The notes below the pieces were generated by a model. That model made no database searches and was not told where the DNA came from. It saw only the letters and a program-made list of their open reading frames with translations. DNA of 61,669 bases, the filler included, from Stramenopiles sp. TOSAG23-6 (lineage: Eukaryota): the NCBI GenBank assembly GCA_900128565.1. It is 13 parts of 13 records of this genome, joined end to end, with 100 filler letters (N's around TTAATTAATTAA, not from the genome) between each part and the next. Parts side by side here need not be neighbours in the genome. Positions count along the whole stretch, not along the records: positions 1 to 4,663 come from LT637096.1; positions 4,764 to 9,420 come from LT637097.1; positions 9,521 to 14,176 come from LT637098.1; 10 more parts are not named here. The stretch is one strand, 5' to 3'. Position numbers and translations under genes: made by a program. This document shows, piece by piece, positions 1-12,237 of the stretch. Numbering within the stretch: position 1 is the first letter of the stretch; the number at the start of each line of letters is the position of its first letter.

Positions 1-74
1 AAATCTAAAAAAAATTGTTAGGTACAAAATTTCGTACGAAAAAATAAATTCGAAAAAAAATAAATAAAACATAC

Positions 75-1454
75 ATGCTTTTTGCTTTTGACGATTTTCT
101 TTTTTTTGTTTTTGTTCTTTTTTCCTTTCTAAACGTCGGGCAATTTGTTTTCTTTTTTCCAATTCTTTTTTTTGTTTTTCTTTCAGTTTGAAATCATTAT
201 CTTTCATCTCTGTGAGTAAAGTATTTTTTTCGTATTGAACGTTTTGAAGTTTTGGAGGTTTTTGTGGTTTTTGTGGTTTTTGTGGTTTTTTTGGTTTTTG
301 TGTTTTTTTTGGTTTTTGTGGTTTTGGAAGTTTTTGTGGTTTTGGAAGTGTTTGTTGTTTTTCAAGTTTAGGAGGTTTTTGTGGTGGTGTTTGATGATGT
401 TTTTGTTCTCCACTAAAATTTGTTTTTTTACCAGAGATATAAATATTATGTATGTTTTGTTTACTATTATATTGATTTGCTGACAATTGAGTAGGTGATG
501 GTGGAGGAGTTGTTGTATCATTAGTACTACTCATAGTTATAAATGTAGACATTGTTTTCTCTCTACCCTTCCCACTTTCAATATTTGGAGGTGGAGGTGC
601 GTTTAGATTTTTGTCTGAAGTATTTATATTTGAATCATTCTCAGTAATAGTTTGTATCTTCAAATGTCGTTTTGCTTTTGGTTTGATGGTTGAATTTGTG
701 TCTGATATAAGTACAGTATCTATAGGGTTTATAGGATCTATAGGATCTATAGGGTTAGGGTTTATAGTCTCATTTATAGTCTCATCTATAGTATCAACAG
801 CATCTATTCTCTCATGTTCTCTTAGATCTTTCTTGGATGATTTGTTTGAGGATTTGTTTGAGGATTTGTTTGAGGATTTCTTTTCTGTTGATGGTATTGT
901 TTGCTTTGTTTTCTTATTAGTTTTCTTTGGATTTGTTTTACGTTTTTGTGATTTTTCCTTTCGAAACCATTTCAAAAGATTTCCAGATGATTGCCGTCTC
1001 TCTGTAATTACATTGTCATTACTTATATTTGTAACATTTGTAACATTTTTTTTAGTTGGTGTCGGTGATATTGTTGCCTTGAAACGTTGTTTTGGATCGT
1101 GAGGTTGATTACGTGGACTTCTATATTGACGTAAACGTTGTTTCGGATTATGTGGTTGATTACGTGGACTACGATGATGATGAAGTAAACGTTGTTTTGT
1201 ATCATGGGATTGATTACGTGGACTCATTGATGTTCTATGTAGTATAGTTCTATCTATAATTGTTCTATCTTTTGAATGTTTTGTTGTACTATTGGAAAGA
1301 ATTGCAGTTTCGGCAACTCTTCGTTTTCCAACACTAAGTAGAGCTCGTTCTCGTGTTGTAGCAAGTTGTTGTCGAATGGAAGCAAATGGTTGGATCTTTT
1401 GTCTCATTTCAATTAAACTTACTCCTACACCTACACCTACACCTACAGCAACAC

Positions 1455-1496
<42 letters not shown>

Positions 1497-1797
1497 GTTG
1501 ATATGACTGTGTATTTTGTATATGTTGTGCATGTTGTTTTGGATTTCCTAGTTTTTGAATGTAAGCAGGATTGTTTGATAATAGTTGTGTTGTTTTATTA
1601 TCGTCATATCCTAAATAATCCAAAGCAGCAGCTTGTTGGGCTATTACTTGATCACGAAAACTAATCTGACTTCTTAATTTGTCAATGAGAGACTCTTTTT
1701 CATTTACTAATGTTTCCTGTACTGTGTGGACAATAACATGATACTATACATTTGTTTTGTTAGGTACAACATTTCGCACAAAAAAAAAAAAAAAAAA

Positions 1798-1828
<31 letters not shown>

Positions 1829-2838
1829 GAAAAAAAAATAAATAAATAAATTAATAAATTCATGATAAAGACATACATGTACCATTTTAGCATGTTCTAA
1901 TTCCATATTTTCTAACTCTAGAGTGCCTATGCGTAATTCTAATGCAATTAATTCTTTTCTATCAGTATTTGGAATATTTTTCATTTTGTATTTAATATTT
2001 TCAGCAACGTTTATATTATTCAATTGTTTTGCTTCTAATTCTTTTTTCACTGTACAATTTTGTTCTGATGCAATAATTAATTCATTTAATCGTCTTTCTG
2101 CATTGATTCTTTTTTTTTCATTTTCTTGATGTATATTTGATATATTTGATATATTTGATATATTCATGTTTTGATTTTGAGTTTGAGTTTGAGTTTGATC
2201 TGATAGTGTAACTAATTTTGTATTTGTTTGGTTTGTTGTTGGACTCCTAGATGAGTTTGAGTTGATACCAAATAAAGTTGCTCCGCTTATTTTGTTTGTA
2301 TGATTTTGGTTTTGTTTATTTCGAATACTTTTCTTATCATTTGAATATTGAACTATATCCATCTGACATTTTCTAATTTCTATCGCATTTTGAACATTTT
2401 GTACTTCGAGTTCAATCAAAGACTTTCGTAAGGAAATTTTTTCTTTGAAATTTGTTATTAAAGTTTCACGAAATATTTTCATTTTTTTTTGTTCTTTTCT
2501 ATTTTTTTCAATATCTTTAGTATTTTCAATATTTTCAGTATGTAGACTTCTTTTTGTAAAGAGCATATTATTATCATTACTACCCGTACTATTTATACTA
2601 CTACTATCATCAACATTATCAACATTATTAACATTATTAACATCATTAACATTATCAACATTATTAACATTATTAACATTATTAACATCCTCATGAGTAG
2701 GGTTAGGGTTTGCTAATCGTGCTTTTCTCATTTGTGTACGCAACACATTCACTTCATTCCTTAAAGACGCAATCATGTATTGTGAAAAAAAAAAATTCAA
2801 AAATTTGTTAGGTACAAATTTTCATACAAAACCAAAAC

Positions 2839-2872
<34 letters not shown>

Positions 2873-3646
2873 AAAAAAACAAACATGTCGACATATTGTG
2901 AGATGTGATATGAAACGCTTTGGACATTTCTACTAACTTTCGTCTTGATATTTTTAGCACGATTTGCATATTTAAGTGTATTCAATGTTTCTTCAAATGA
3001 AGATGCTGCGGGTGATACATTTGCAATCCTATTGTATACAGAAATATTAAAAAAATTGAAAAAATGTTAGGTGTATATTTTGATAAAAATTTTTTTTGAA
3101 TTTTTTTTTTTTTTTTTGAAATTTTTTTTTTTTTGAAAATTTTTTTTTGAAATGTGTTGTGATGGTTTGGATTAGAATTAGGTTTTTACATACATTACAG
3201 TTCTACAATTTCCTCCTAATGAATCTTTTAATAAACGTGTCAATTTTGAATCTCTGTAATTGACATATGCGCCACTAGAGCCCATTACTAAAGCATTAAT
3301 ACAATTACCCAATGCCAATAAAGAACGGTTAATGTTTGCTCCTTCTATATTGTAAAAAAATATATTTGTGTTTTGTTAGCTACGATATTTCGTACGAAAA
3401 AAAAATTGAAAAAAAAAATTGAAAAAAAAATATATTTTTTTTGTTTTTTTACTTAGGTACAAAATTTCGTACGAAAAAAAAAATTGAACAAAAATAAAAC
3501 ATACCTAATAATCGAATTCCTCTATTACTTGTTCTTGATGCTCGTTCACTTCCTGCCAAGTCTATCAAACTTAATTTTCCTACTTTTAAATTATTTCCCA
3601 TTCCAACTATTTTGTCATTATACTCGACTAATACTTGAAGAATTGC
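75..3646 (-). CDS. Kinesin-8 family (KIF18/KIF19-like) motor protein, partial, multi-exon
   Basis: Spliced translation gives AILQV...[78 protein letters not shown], then coiled coil and a low-complexity tail. Exons 3646-3505, 3344-3194, 3028-2885, 2774-1877, 1716-75. The N-terminal half of the motor is missing. Confidence 0.9.
1717..1876 (-). other. Intron, family architecture, GT-AG ends
   Basis: CAT|GTATGT...TGTACCTAAC...CAGTACAG|GAA restores the frame; the AG sits at the same position as the AT of other family members. Confidence 0.8.
2775..2884 (-). other. Intron, GT-AT ends
   Basis: GAC AT|GTTTGT...TGTACCTAAC...CACAATACAT|G ATT gives the kinesin-8 neck [16 protein letters not shown]. 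Confidence 0.8.
3029..3193 (-). other. Intron, GT-AG ends
   Basis: GTA AT|GTATGT...ACAATAG|G ATT rebuilds the conserved RTVMIANVSP and fixes the donor cut as AT|GT. Confidence 0.9.
3345..3504 (-). other. Intron, GT-AG ends
   Basis: TTA G|GTATGT...ACAATATAG|AA rebuilds RLLEGANIN. Confidence 0.9.
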
Positions 3647-3824
3647 ATGTATTGTGAAAAAAACTGTCAACATGAAAACACATTGTTAGGTATAAAATTG
3701 TTTTTTTTGGGAAATCAAAAAAAAAAAATATAAAAAAAAAAAAAAAAATTCTACCAAAAAAAAAAAAAATAAATAAAAAAAATAAAAAAAAAAATAAAAT
3801 AAAAAATAAAATAAAAAAACATAC

Positions 3825-4580
3825 ACGGATTTTCCCACTCGTCATTTCGTTTTTCTTGATCCGTTTCTTCTTCTCGGTATTTTTTGAAATATTTTGTTTT
3901 TGTTATACTAGCTCCATTAAATGCGCTTCCAGCCAAAGGATGTATTGTAAAAAATATTTTTTTGTAAAAAAATTATTTTTTGTTTAGGTACAAAATTTTC
4001 AAAAAAAAAAAAATTAAATTTGAAATTAATTGTGAAAACGTACATGCACCTGCTTACCTTCTGCTAAATGACGCCATTTTTGGTATACCCCTGGATGCAT
4101 TTCATGAAAGGGTGAGTTAACATCAATTTTATACCAAAAAATCTTTTCTCGGTGAGAATCATGTAATCAAAGGAAAATATTTCATTTGTTTTTTTGTTAG
4201 GTACAAAATTTACTACGAAAATAAAATTGAGTTTTTTTTTTTTTTTGAAACGGACATGAGTATTGTCCCAGCGGAAGTATAAATCACCACCACCACTATC
4301 TTTTGGTACCGTCCAATGATCTTTCAAAGGTGGAATCATATAATCAATTTTATCCGTCCACACTGCGTTGCCTTCTTCATCTTTTGCTTCTCCTTGAACA
4401 ACAATTTTTTTAGATGGCATATTTTTAGGTATAAAAAAAATGGTACGGCCGAGATAACCCTCGAAATACATTTTCACTTTTCCTTTGACTTGAGCTTGTG
4501 CCCAAAATAATTGTGTTTCCCATTCTACAAAGTTATTTTCTTCTACTGGAATAATTCTCTCGTAAATCATTCCTGGATTA
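3825..4580 (-). CDS. GOLD-domain-like protein, partial, multi-exon
   Basis: GGGDLYFRWDNTH|DSHREKIFWYKIDV resembles the GOLD C-terminal motif (xFDNxxS...K.V.Y). GT-AT introns at 4161-4255 and 3940-4043 keep the frame. Confidence 0.6.
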
Positions 4581-4663
4581 CTGTATTGTAAAAAAATATA
4601 AAATTTCAAATTTTGTTTAATTAAAAAAAAAAAAAAAAAAAAAAAAAATTTTTTTTTTTTTTT

Positions 4664-4763
4664 NNNNNNNNNNNNNNNNNNNNNNNNNNNNNNNNNNNNN
4701 NNNNNNNTTAATTAATTAANNNNNNNNNNNNNNNNNNNNNNNNNNNNNNNNNNNNNNNNNNNN
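4664..4763. other. Artificial contig spacer. Identical spacers at 9421-9520, 14177-14276, 18932-19031, 23686-23785, 28439-28538, 33190-33289, 37940-38039, 42690-42789, 47440-47539, 52188-52287, 56932-57031
   Basis: 44 N + TTAATTAATTAA (stops in six frames) + 44 N, recurring every ~4.75 kb. Confidence 0.99.
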
Positions 4764-5239
4764 TGCAACACTTCTGAATTTCATCTTTAAAGATATACGT
4801 GTAGTTCTCTTGAATAAAAACTTGCGCGTAAAGTTGACTTAATTGTGACGATTCTTCTTGACTAAGTAGACGATTGTCAACCTACTACAATAATATTGTA
4901 AATAATTATATAGTGATGTCGAGATGGTGTGTGTGAAAAAAAATGTGGATGCGATGTCGATGGATGAATTAAATTTTTGCTACTCANNNNNNNNNNNNNN
5001 NNNNNNNNNNNNNNNNNNNNNNNNNNNNNNNNNNNNNNNNNNNNNNNNNNNNNNNNNNNNNNNNNNNNNNNNNNNNNNNNNNNNCAAGAAACGTTAAAAA
5101 GTTCGCTCATCTTCTCAAACGAATCCAAAAAATTTCAAAAAAATCCCAAAACATTGGATTTGAATCCTGCATCGGTTGGAAAATCGTATCCTGCACAATA
5201 TAATCTGCTAAAGGCTGTATTTTGTACCACGAAACAAAA

Positions 5240-7151
5240 ATGTTGAAAACTATTCTTTTACTATTGTGTCTGCTAACTCCTAGGCAATCTATCTCGATCA
5301 AAATAAGGAGGGCAGGCGCAAAACGCAAACGTCGTGTTTTGGTTGATGGGACTTTGGGGTCGGGGGATGAGAACACTGAGGAGAAAGACAAAAAGTGCAT
5401 GCAAATAATGGACTCAAATGAGNNNNNNNNNNNNNNNNNNNNNNNNNNNNNNNNNNNNNNNNNNNNNNNNNNNNNNNNNNNNNNNNNNNNNNNNNNNNNN
5501 NNNNNNNNNNNNNNNNNNNNNNNNNNNNNNNNNNNNNNNNNNNNNNNNNNNNNNNNNNNNNNNNNNNNNNNNNNNNNNNNNNNNNNNNNNNNNNNNNNNN
5601 NNNNNNNNAGAAGGAAGAACAAGAGCGCGTTGTAGATATGTATGCAGAGTGGAAGAAAAAAAGTGCTGCAAAGATGATCCAGAATGTGCCTTTTTACGTG
5701 ATTCACCATATTCTATCGATTATGCTTCTCAGGTTTACAAAGATGGTCATACGTTTCTTAAAAAAGCCAATGACAAAGACAAAGAAATTGAACTTAAAGA
5801 GATCGAAGAAGGAGAACGACAAACTCCTCAAGACCAAAAATGTCTTCAATTCATGTCCATACAAGAAGCAAACACAGCAAAAGCAACGGTTGCGGAGGTT
5901 TCAAAAATGGTAAAAAACCAGATTGAAGCTGTGAAAAAAGGCAAAGATGCGTGGCAGAATCAAGTTGACGTAATCAGTGAAATGAAGGCTCAACTTGTCA
6001 AGGAGATTTACGAAGTGTCAAAGGAAATTATGGAGTTAGAGGAGGAACAGCAAAAAATAAAAAATGAAGAATTTGTAAAAGAAAAGGAGTCCCAAAGAGA
6101 AGCTATGAATAAAACGAAAAAGGAAATGGAGGAGGCCTTACAAACACACAATGAATTTCGCCTNCAAAGACAAAAAGAGTTATGTCCGAATTTCCACATC
6201 TTCTGTATGGAAAACTTGGGATACCTTACATACCCATCTCAAGATGATTTGGAAAGTTGTTGTTCCTGTTTAGACTGGGATAAAAAATGCGATGCCCAAA
6301 CAATTTTACGCGAGGGAAATGAAGATGTCTGTAAAAATAATGCGAAAAAAACATGTTCTGCAATCAACAAGGATAACCCAATGGCTTGGAATAATATTTT
6401 GGAAAATCCGTCTACATTTGGTGCCGTTTATCTTCTGTTGCAGTCATATAATCCAGCAAAACCGGTAAATTATGACAGAACGTATTATACTATTTCCCAA
6501 ACCACAATTTCAAATTTTGAAAGTGATAAGCCCGACAGTGAACTTGTTGAACTAATGTATGACAACAGAAATCACCAGGATTATGGTTTGGAAATCTATT
6601 TTGTGAAAAAGATAGAAGAAGAATTAACGAAAATTGCCGAAAGATTTACCGAACACACTCAAAAAGATGATGAACGTCATCATGAAAAAATGAGAGCAAA
6701 CTTTGAACTTCTGGGGGAAACCCCTGATACTGGAGAAGCTCGACATGCTAAGGAAGAACACATTGAGAAGCAACAAAAAAAGGATCTTGTGTTCCACACA
6801 GATACAGCATTCAAGACATTTGAGACAAACATCATCAACGAATTGAAAAAGAAAAACATAAGTGGTAAAATTCCGCTGGCGCCAGGAAGAAACGTAAAAC
6901 TTCCAATGGAACTCTTTTTAAATGCAGTAAAAACGGCATATCAACTCCGGGAAGCTAACTTCAACAACCCAGATTTGATCGAAACGTCTTCCAGGATTTA
7001 CCAAAAACAAAAAGACAAAATGAATGAAATTCATGAGGCAATCTTGAAAGCAAATCAGTCAAGGAATAAAGCATTTACACAACAAGTGGAGTTAAGTGCT
7101 GTGAACACTGTTGAGGAGACTGTAAGAGATAACATGATGCCTACCCGTTGA
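5240..7151 (+). CDS. Hypothetical secreted coiled-coil protein, no intron seen (contains N gap)
   Basis: Signal-peptide-like start MLKTILLLLCLLTP; Cys clusters; long open frame after the gap. Confidence 0.55.
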
Positions 7152-7284
7152 GTACTCGCACTTGGTAATTCATTATAATATAACCTAGCAATCAATATAT
7201 CGGTTCAAGAAGTTGTTTATAAAAAGACGTATAAAATAAAAATTGTTTATTCGTATGTTTTTCTACTTTGTTTTTAGCAAAACT

Positions 7285-9411
7285 CTATATAAAACTAAGT
7301 TTACCATCACGATAAATCATTCTCTTTCCACCAGGTGTCTTCATATATATCTTTTGTGCTGGATCAAAAAATATTTTTTGGTTGATGTTTACCCACAAAC
7401 CTGAAACTATATCATATGTATAGCTACCCTTTACTCTTGACAAATCTAAACATACTTTTCTGCCATTCACAACTGTAGTAGAAGTATTGGCGAAGCAATC
7501 GGNGTTGTTTCTGCGAACAGCTTTTGGTTTAGTGTTAGGGCTGTTTCTGNGAACAGCTTTTGGTTTAGATATTTGTCCTTTTATTATACTTGCAGGTTTT
7601 GTGGGTTTTTTTGCAGGTGGTGATCTAGGTAACGGTATATTGATGGAAGTAGCCTTAATAGTTTGGGGGGTTTCAGAATGCTGCCTTGATATAGGATTAA
7701 AGAAACATAATCTTTTNGGGTGTCTCGGATAAACCCAGAGACCACTAACAATGTCTCTATAGTATGAACCTTTTTTCTGCTTAATATCAAGGGTAACTTT
7801 AATTCCATTACACACGCCCTCCTTTAAATGTGAAGTGCGTATCTTTGACTTTGTCTGAGACCTATTAGGAGATATANTCTGTGTTGAATGATGTTTTANA
7901 TTTTTCTTTGGTTTTGAACCTANTGGAGGAGGTGGTTTTACATTTGGCTTTAGCTTTAGCATTGCTGATACATCATGAGAATTTACCTTTGGTGGTACTC
8001 TGAAGTGTCGTTTCTTTACAGGATCATAAAACGTTTTTTGCTTTGGTTGAACCCAGAGCTTGGATTTAACATCATATAAATAATTTCCCTTTTTACGTGA
8101 CATATCAAGACTAACATCGACACCGTTAATAGTATCAAATATTATATTATTCTTCGATTTACCGCAACTTAATTTAGGTTTTCCTTTCACTGGCGATGTT
8201 TTTGATATCTTTAATCCATTTCTCATTTTCGTATTCAATATTTTACATGGTATTGGTGGTGGCGGAGNTTGCTGTTGTTTCGGGTAAAGTTTTTGACTCG
8301 TTAAGAGTTCACGTGATTCATCGATAGATTTAGTATTTCTATGTGGTTTATTTGATTCATCAATAGATTTAGTATTTCTTTGTGGTTTATTTGATTCATC
8401 AACAGATTTAGTATTTCTATGTGGTCGCTGAGGACGAATAGGNCTGATAGGCCCAGTAGTAACTACCTCTGAACCCAAAGACACATCTTTGTTTCTTTGT
8501 TTTACATATCTTTGCTTATCAGCAGGAACTGTTTCTGGTGTACTTGATTGAGTTTTCGGAGGTACCGGTTTCCCCTTTGATCTAGCGGGTACGTCTTTCA
8601 TCTTTGGTTTTACAATTTCATGTTTTACTGCTCTATGTTGATTGCAATTTTGCGATTCTATTTCCTTTTTTCGATGATCTTGCTGTACNGTCATAGTTTT
8701 GTCTTTGTTGTGAGATTTTAGAACACCTGAAGACTTTTTTAANCTAGCAGCCATCGCATCTCTCAATTGACTCATCATGTCATTTNCTTTAGAAATCTTT
8801 GCTTTTTTTGGTAAAATTTTCTTTGCCTTTTTCAATTTCTTTCCTTTTTTTATATCAGCTAATAAATCAAAACTTGCATTAGTAGATGTATAAAGTACGG
8901 CACGAGGATCTACATCATTTGAAGTAGTAGTACTACTAGAATTAACATTATTATTCTCAAGAATAGCAGGATCAAGACCAGCACAACGCATTTTATGTTC
9001 CACAGCGGGTCTAGGTACACGCATCTTTAGCATTTTTAAATATGGCGCAGCACGAGGATCTACATCATTTGAAGTAGTAGTACTACTAGAATTGATATCA
9101 GCGTTTGCTTTAACAGATGAAAGTCCTAATATCTCTCTCTTTATATCGGCATAGTCATCATTGGTAATAAGACATTCATCTAACATCGCCTTTGCTTCAC
9201 GAAGTCTTTGTACTTTATTACTATTTCCACTATTAGAAAAAGACGACTCGCTTGCTTCAGGAAGTCTTTGTACTTTATTACTATTTTCACTAGTAGAAAA
9301 AGACGTCTCACTTGAGTTTGTCCTATCATACACTTTAGACGGAAAAGTCGTTGTGGCTGATAATACATTACCACAATTTGCATTATATTCGGATAAATCA
9401 ATTTCTCGCAT
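7285..9411 (-). CDS. Pro/Lys-rich putative actin regulator (SHOCT-like, CCDC53-C-terminal-like, WH2-like motifs; 3 aromatic repeats), probably 5'-truncated
   Basis: RLREAKAMLDECLITNDDYADIKREIL; DPRAAPYLKMLKMRVPRPAVEHKMRCAGLDPAILE; DLLADIKKGKKLKK; three NG.....LD....KG.Y.YD..S.LWV repeats. Confidence 0.6.
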   Translation of the reverse strand: MREIDLSEYNANCGNVLSATTTFPSKVYDRTNSSETSFSTSENSNKVQRLPEASESSFSNSGNSNKVQRLREAKAMLDECLITNDDYADIKREILGLSSVKANADINSSSTTTSNDVDPRAAPYLKMLKMRVPRPAVEHKMRCAGLDPAILENNNVNSSSTTTSNDVDPRAVLYTSTNASFDLLADIKKGKKLKKAKKILPKKAKISKXNDMMSQLRDAMAAXLKKSSGVLKSHNKDKTMXVQQDHRKKEIESQNCNQHRAVKHEIVKPKMKDVPARSKGKPVPPKTQSSTPETVPADKQRYVKQRNKDVSLGSEVVTTGPIXPIRPQRPHRNTKSVDESNKPQRNTKSIDESNKPHRNTKSIDESRELLTSQKLYPKQQQXPPPPIPCKILNTKMRNGLKISKTSPVKGKPKLSCGKSKNNIIFDTINGVDVSLDMSRKKGNYLYDVKSKLWVQPKQKTFYDPVKKRHFRVPPKVNSHDVSAMLKLKPNVKPPPPXGSKPKKNXKHHSTQXISPNRSQTKSKIRTSHLKEGVCNGIKVTLDIKQKKGSYYRDIVSGLWVYPRHXKRLCFFNPISRQHSETPQTIKATSINIPLPRSPPAKKPTKPASIIKGQISKPKAVXRNSPNTKPKAVRRNNXDCFANTSTTVVNGRKVCLDLSRVKGSYTYDIVSGLWVNINQKIFFDPAQKIYMKTPGGKRMIYRDGKLSFI

Positions 9412-9577
9412 GTAAGATGCNNNNNNNNNNNNNNNNNNNNNNNNNNNNNNNNNNNNNNNNNNNNTTAATTAATTAANNNNNNNNNNNNNNNNNNNNNNNN
9501 NNNNNNNNNNNNNNNNNNNNATTTTGTACCTAACAAATTTTCAAAATTTTTTTTTGAAATATTTTTTCACAATACAT

Positions 9578-10271
9578 TTACAAAAAAGTCAATTCTACAT
9601 ACGAAAACACCACGTGGCATATTTCAAAAAATTCAAGAATCTGTTATTTCGTGTTCTATGACACCCATTTCAAATTTTGAAGCCGCTTGTTTTTCTTGGT
9701 TTTTTCTTGCAAAGTTTTGTACGTAACCCTAACCCTAATCCATTTGTTTTTTCATAGAAAAATTTGTATCTAACAATTTTTTTTTGAAAAAAATTTTTTT
9801 TTTTTTAATTTTTTTTTTTTTTTTTTTTATACGAAATTTCATACCTAAAAAATTTTTAATTTTTTTTTTNNNNNNNNNNNNNNNNNNNNNNNNNNNNNNN
9901 NNNNNNNNNNNNNNNNNNNNNNNNNNNNNNNNNNNNNNNNNNNNNNNNNNNNNNNNNNNNNNNNNNNNNNNNNNNNNNNNNNNNNNNNNNNNNNNNNNNN
10001 NNNNNNNNNNNNNNNNNNNNNNNNNNNNNNNNNNNNNNNNNNNNNNNNNNNNNNNNNNNNNNNNNNNNNNNNNNNNNNNNNNNNNNNNTTCGTACGAAAT
10101 TTTGTACCTAACATTTTTTTTTTTTTTTGAAATATTTTTCCAAAATACATTCTTGATGGTATAAAAATATTAGAAAAATTAGCTCGTTCTTCGAATGATC
10201 GTATTCGACTCCAGGCACATCGAGCGGTGAAAAATATGACCCCGGTAGAATCTTCTACGGATGCAAAATAG
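9578..10271 (+). CDS. 3' exons of an ARM/HEAT-like protein (gap inside)
   Basis: Exons after AATACAT acceptors at 9577 and 10150; last exon LDGIKILEKLARSSNDRIRLQAHRAVKNM. Confidence 0.4.
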
Positions 10272-10482
10272 GAACCCTCTTTTATGATGCGAAATAAATT
10301 TAAAATACACTCTTTACCGTATTTTGCTGGTTACACTTTACAACTCACCCGAAAAGTGATGACGTCACCATTTTTTAAAAAATCAAAAATTAAAAAAGGT
10401 AAAAATAAAAATGAAAAACTTCGCGACGTTTTCTTTTTACTTTTATTGTGTTTTTTACACCACCTTTGAGATCCAAAAGTAA

Positions 10483-12081
10483 ATGTCAAACGTGCCTAAT
10501 ATTCTCAACTTTATAGGAGGTGAATTCACACCTCTTCTGTCTGGGAAAACATTTTTGCAAGTTACTGCTCCAGCTTCGGGTGATCACATTGCTAATGTGT
10601 GTGTTTCTAATGCTGATGACGTAAATATTGCTGTAGAAGCTGCGCAAAAATCACTTGAAGGTTGGAGGTCTCTTACAACTATGAAACGCGCCAAGATCAT
10701 GTACAAATTCCGCGAGCTTGTGGAACGCGATGCTGATGAAATTTCTCGTCTTATTGTTCTCGAAAATGGTAAAAATTTTGCGGAAGCTCGAGCTGAGGTA
10801 GCAAAAGGTAATGAAACAGTTGAGTGGGCTTGTGGAATGCCTTCGTTGCTAGCTGGTCGCAGAACCGAAGTTAGTCGTGGTGTTACATGTTACGATGTCC
10901 GCGATGCTCTTGGTGTTGTTGCATGTATTGTTCCCTTTAATTTCCCTTTTATGGTTCCTATGTGGACCGTTCCTATCGCTCTTACTGCCGGAAATTGCGT
11001 CATCTTAAAACCCAGTGAAAAAGTTCCTCTCACAATGAACAAAACTGCTGAGTTAATGAAAGAAGCAGGAATTCCCCCTGGAGTCTTTCAAATTGTACAT
11101 GGTACTCGAGATGCCGTTGAAGGTTTATGTGACGCACCAGGTGTCAAAGCTGTGACTTTTGTCGGTTCGTCTCTTGTCGCAAAATTAGTCTCCCAAAGAT
11201 GTTCAAAATTGAATAAAAGAGTGATGGCAATGGGTGGAGCAAAGAATCACCTTGTTGCTTTAGAAGATTGTGATGCAGAGGGCGCAGCAAGAGATATTGT
11301 TGCCTCATTTGCGGGTTGTGCAGGACAACGTTGCATGGCTGCGTCTGTGTTGCTCTTGGTCGGAGAATGCTCAAAGTTGTTGACAAATGTTGTGCAAAGA
11401 GCTCAGGCATTACAACTAGGACAAGAAAAAGGACAGGTTGGTCCAGTCATTGATGCTACCAGTAGAGCTCGTATTTTGAGCTATATTGAAGGAGCAATAT
11501 CTAGGGGAGCTAAAGTTCTCGTGGATGGGAGAAAAATGGCTCAAACAAATCCAGGAACTTGGGTTGGACCAACTATACTTTTACACCAAACTCATGACGA
11601 TGAAGCCGTTCGAAGTGAAATTTTTGGACCTGTTCTTTCTGTAGTTCGTGTAAAAACTTGGCAAGATGCCATAGACATTGAAAATTCTTCTCCCTATGGT
11701 AACGCTGCGTCTATATACACTTCCATCGGTGCTCATGCAGAATGGTTTTCTCCTCGATTTCGTGCAGGAATGATTGGAGTTAATATTGGCGTACCGGTAC
11801 CAAGGGAACCTTTTTCATTTGGAGGACATGCACTGTCAACCTCAAAATATGGTAGCTTTGATGTTACTGGTGATGGAGCGATGGAATTTTTCACGACTAG
11901 AAGAAAAGTTACTTCAAAATGGACAAAGATTGTGGGTACGTTTCCAACATTCAATTTCAAATTCTTTTTTGTGTCACATTTTGTACTTAACGATTTTTTT
12001 TTGTGGCATATTTTTCACAATACTTGGAGACCTGAGGAAGTAGATTCCACCGATCACGCAAACTTTGCAGGACAAATGTGA
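10483..12081 (+). CDS. ALDH6A1: Methylmalonate-semialdehyde dehydrogenase (acylating)
   Basis: PFNFPFMVPMW, KPSEKVP, FVGS, MGGAKNH, GCAGQRCMA, EIFGPVL, GVNIGVPVP. One intron starts at 11936 near the C-terminus. Confidence 0.95.
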   Translation: MSNVPNILNFIGGEFTPLLSGKTFLQVTAPASGDHIANVCVSNADDVNIAVEAAQKSLEGWRSLTTMKRAKIMYKFRELVERDADEISRLIVLENGKNFAEARAEVAKGNETVEWACGMPSLLAGRRTEVSRGVTCYDVRDALGVVACIVPFNFPFMVPMWTVPIALTAGNCVILKPSEKVPLTMNKTAELMKEAGIPPGVFQIVHGTRDAVEGLCDAPGVKAVTFVGSSLVAKLVSQRCSKLNKRVMAMGGAKNHLVALEDCDAEGAARDIVASFAGCAGQRCMAASVLLLVGECSKLLTNVVQRAQALQLGQEKGQVGPVIDATSRARILSYIEGAISRGAKVLVDGRKMAQTNPGTWVGPTILLHQTHDDEAVRSEIFGPVLSVVRVKTWQDAIDIENSSPYGNAASIYTSIGAHAEWFSPRFRAGMIGVNIGVPVPREPFSFGGHALSTSKYGSFDVTGDGAMEFFTTRRKVTSKWTKIVGTFPTFNFKFFFVSHFVLNDFFLWHIFHNTWRPEEVDSTDHANFAGQM

Positions 12082-12237
12082 TTTTTTTTATAAAAGAGAA
12101 ATAATCAATATAAAACTTGTGTAATTCTATCTTTTCATGTAAAATAATACAGAATATAACGAAAAAAAANAATGTTGAGCTGAAAAATTTTATATAATAT
12201 ATATACATATTATTATTATTACTTCAATGTGCCACGA

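Noticed and set aside
235-1664. Plus-strand ORFs rich in F/W/L/Y
   Set aside because: Antisense shadows of the low-complexity kinesin tail.
4708-4719. Periodic TTAATTAATTAA as a biological repeat
   Set aside because: Always centred in exactly 44+44 N; it is an artificial spacer, so gene neighbourhoods across it are meaningless.
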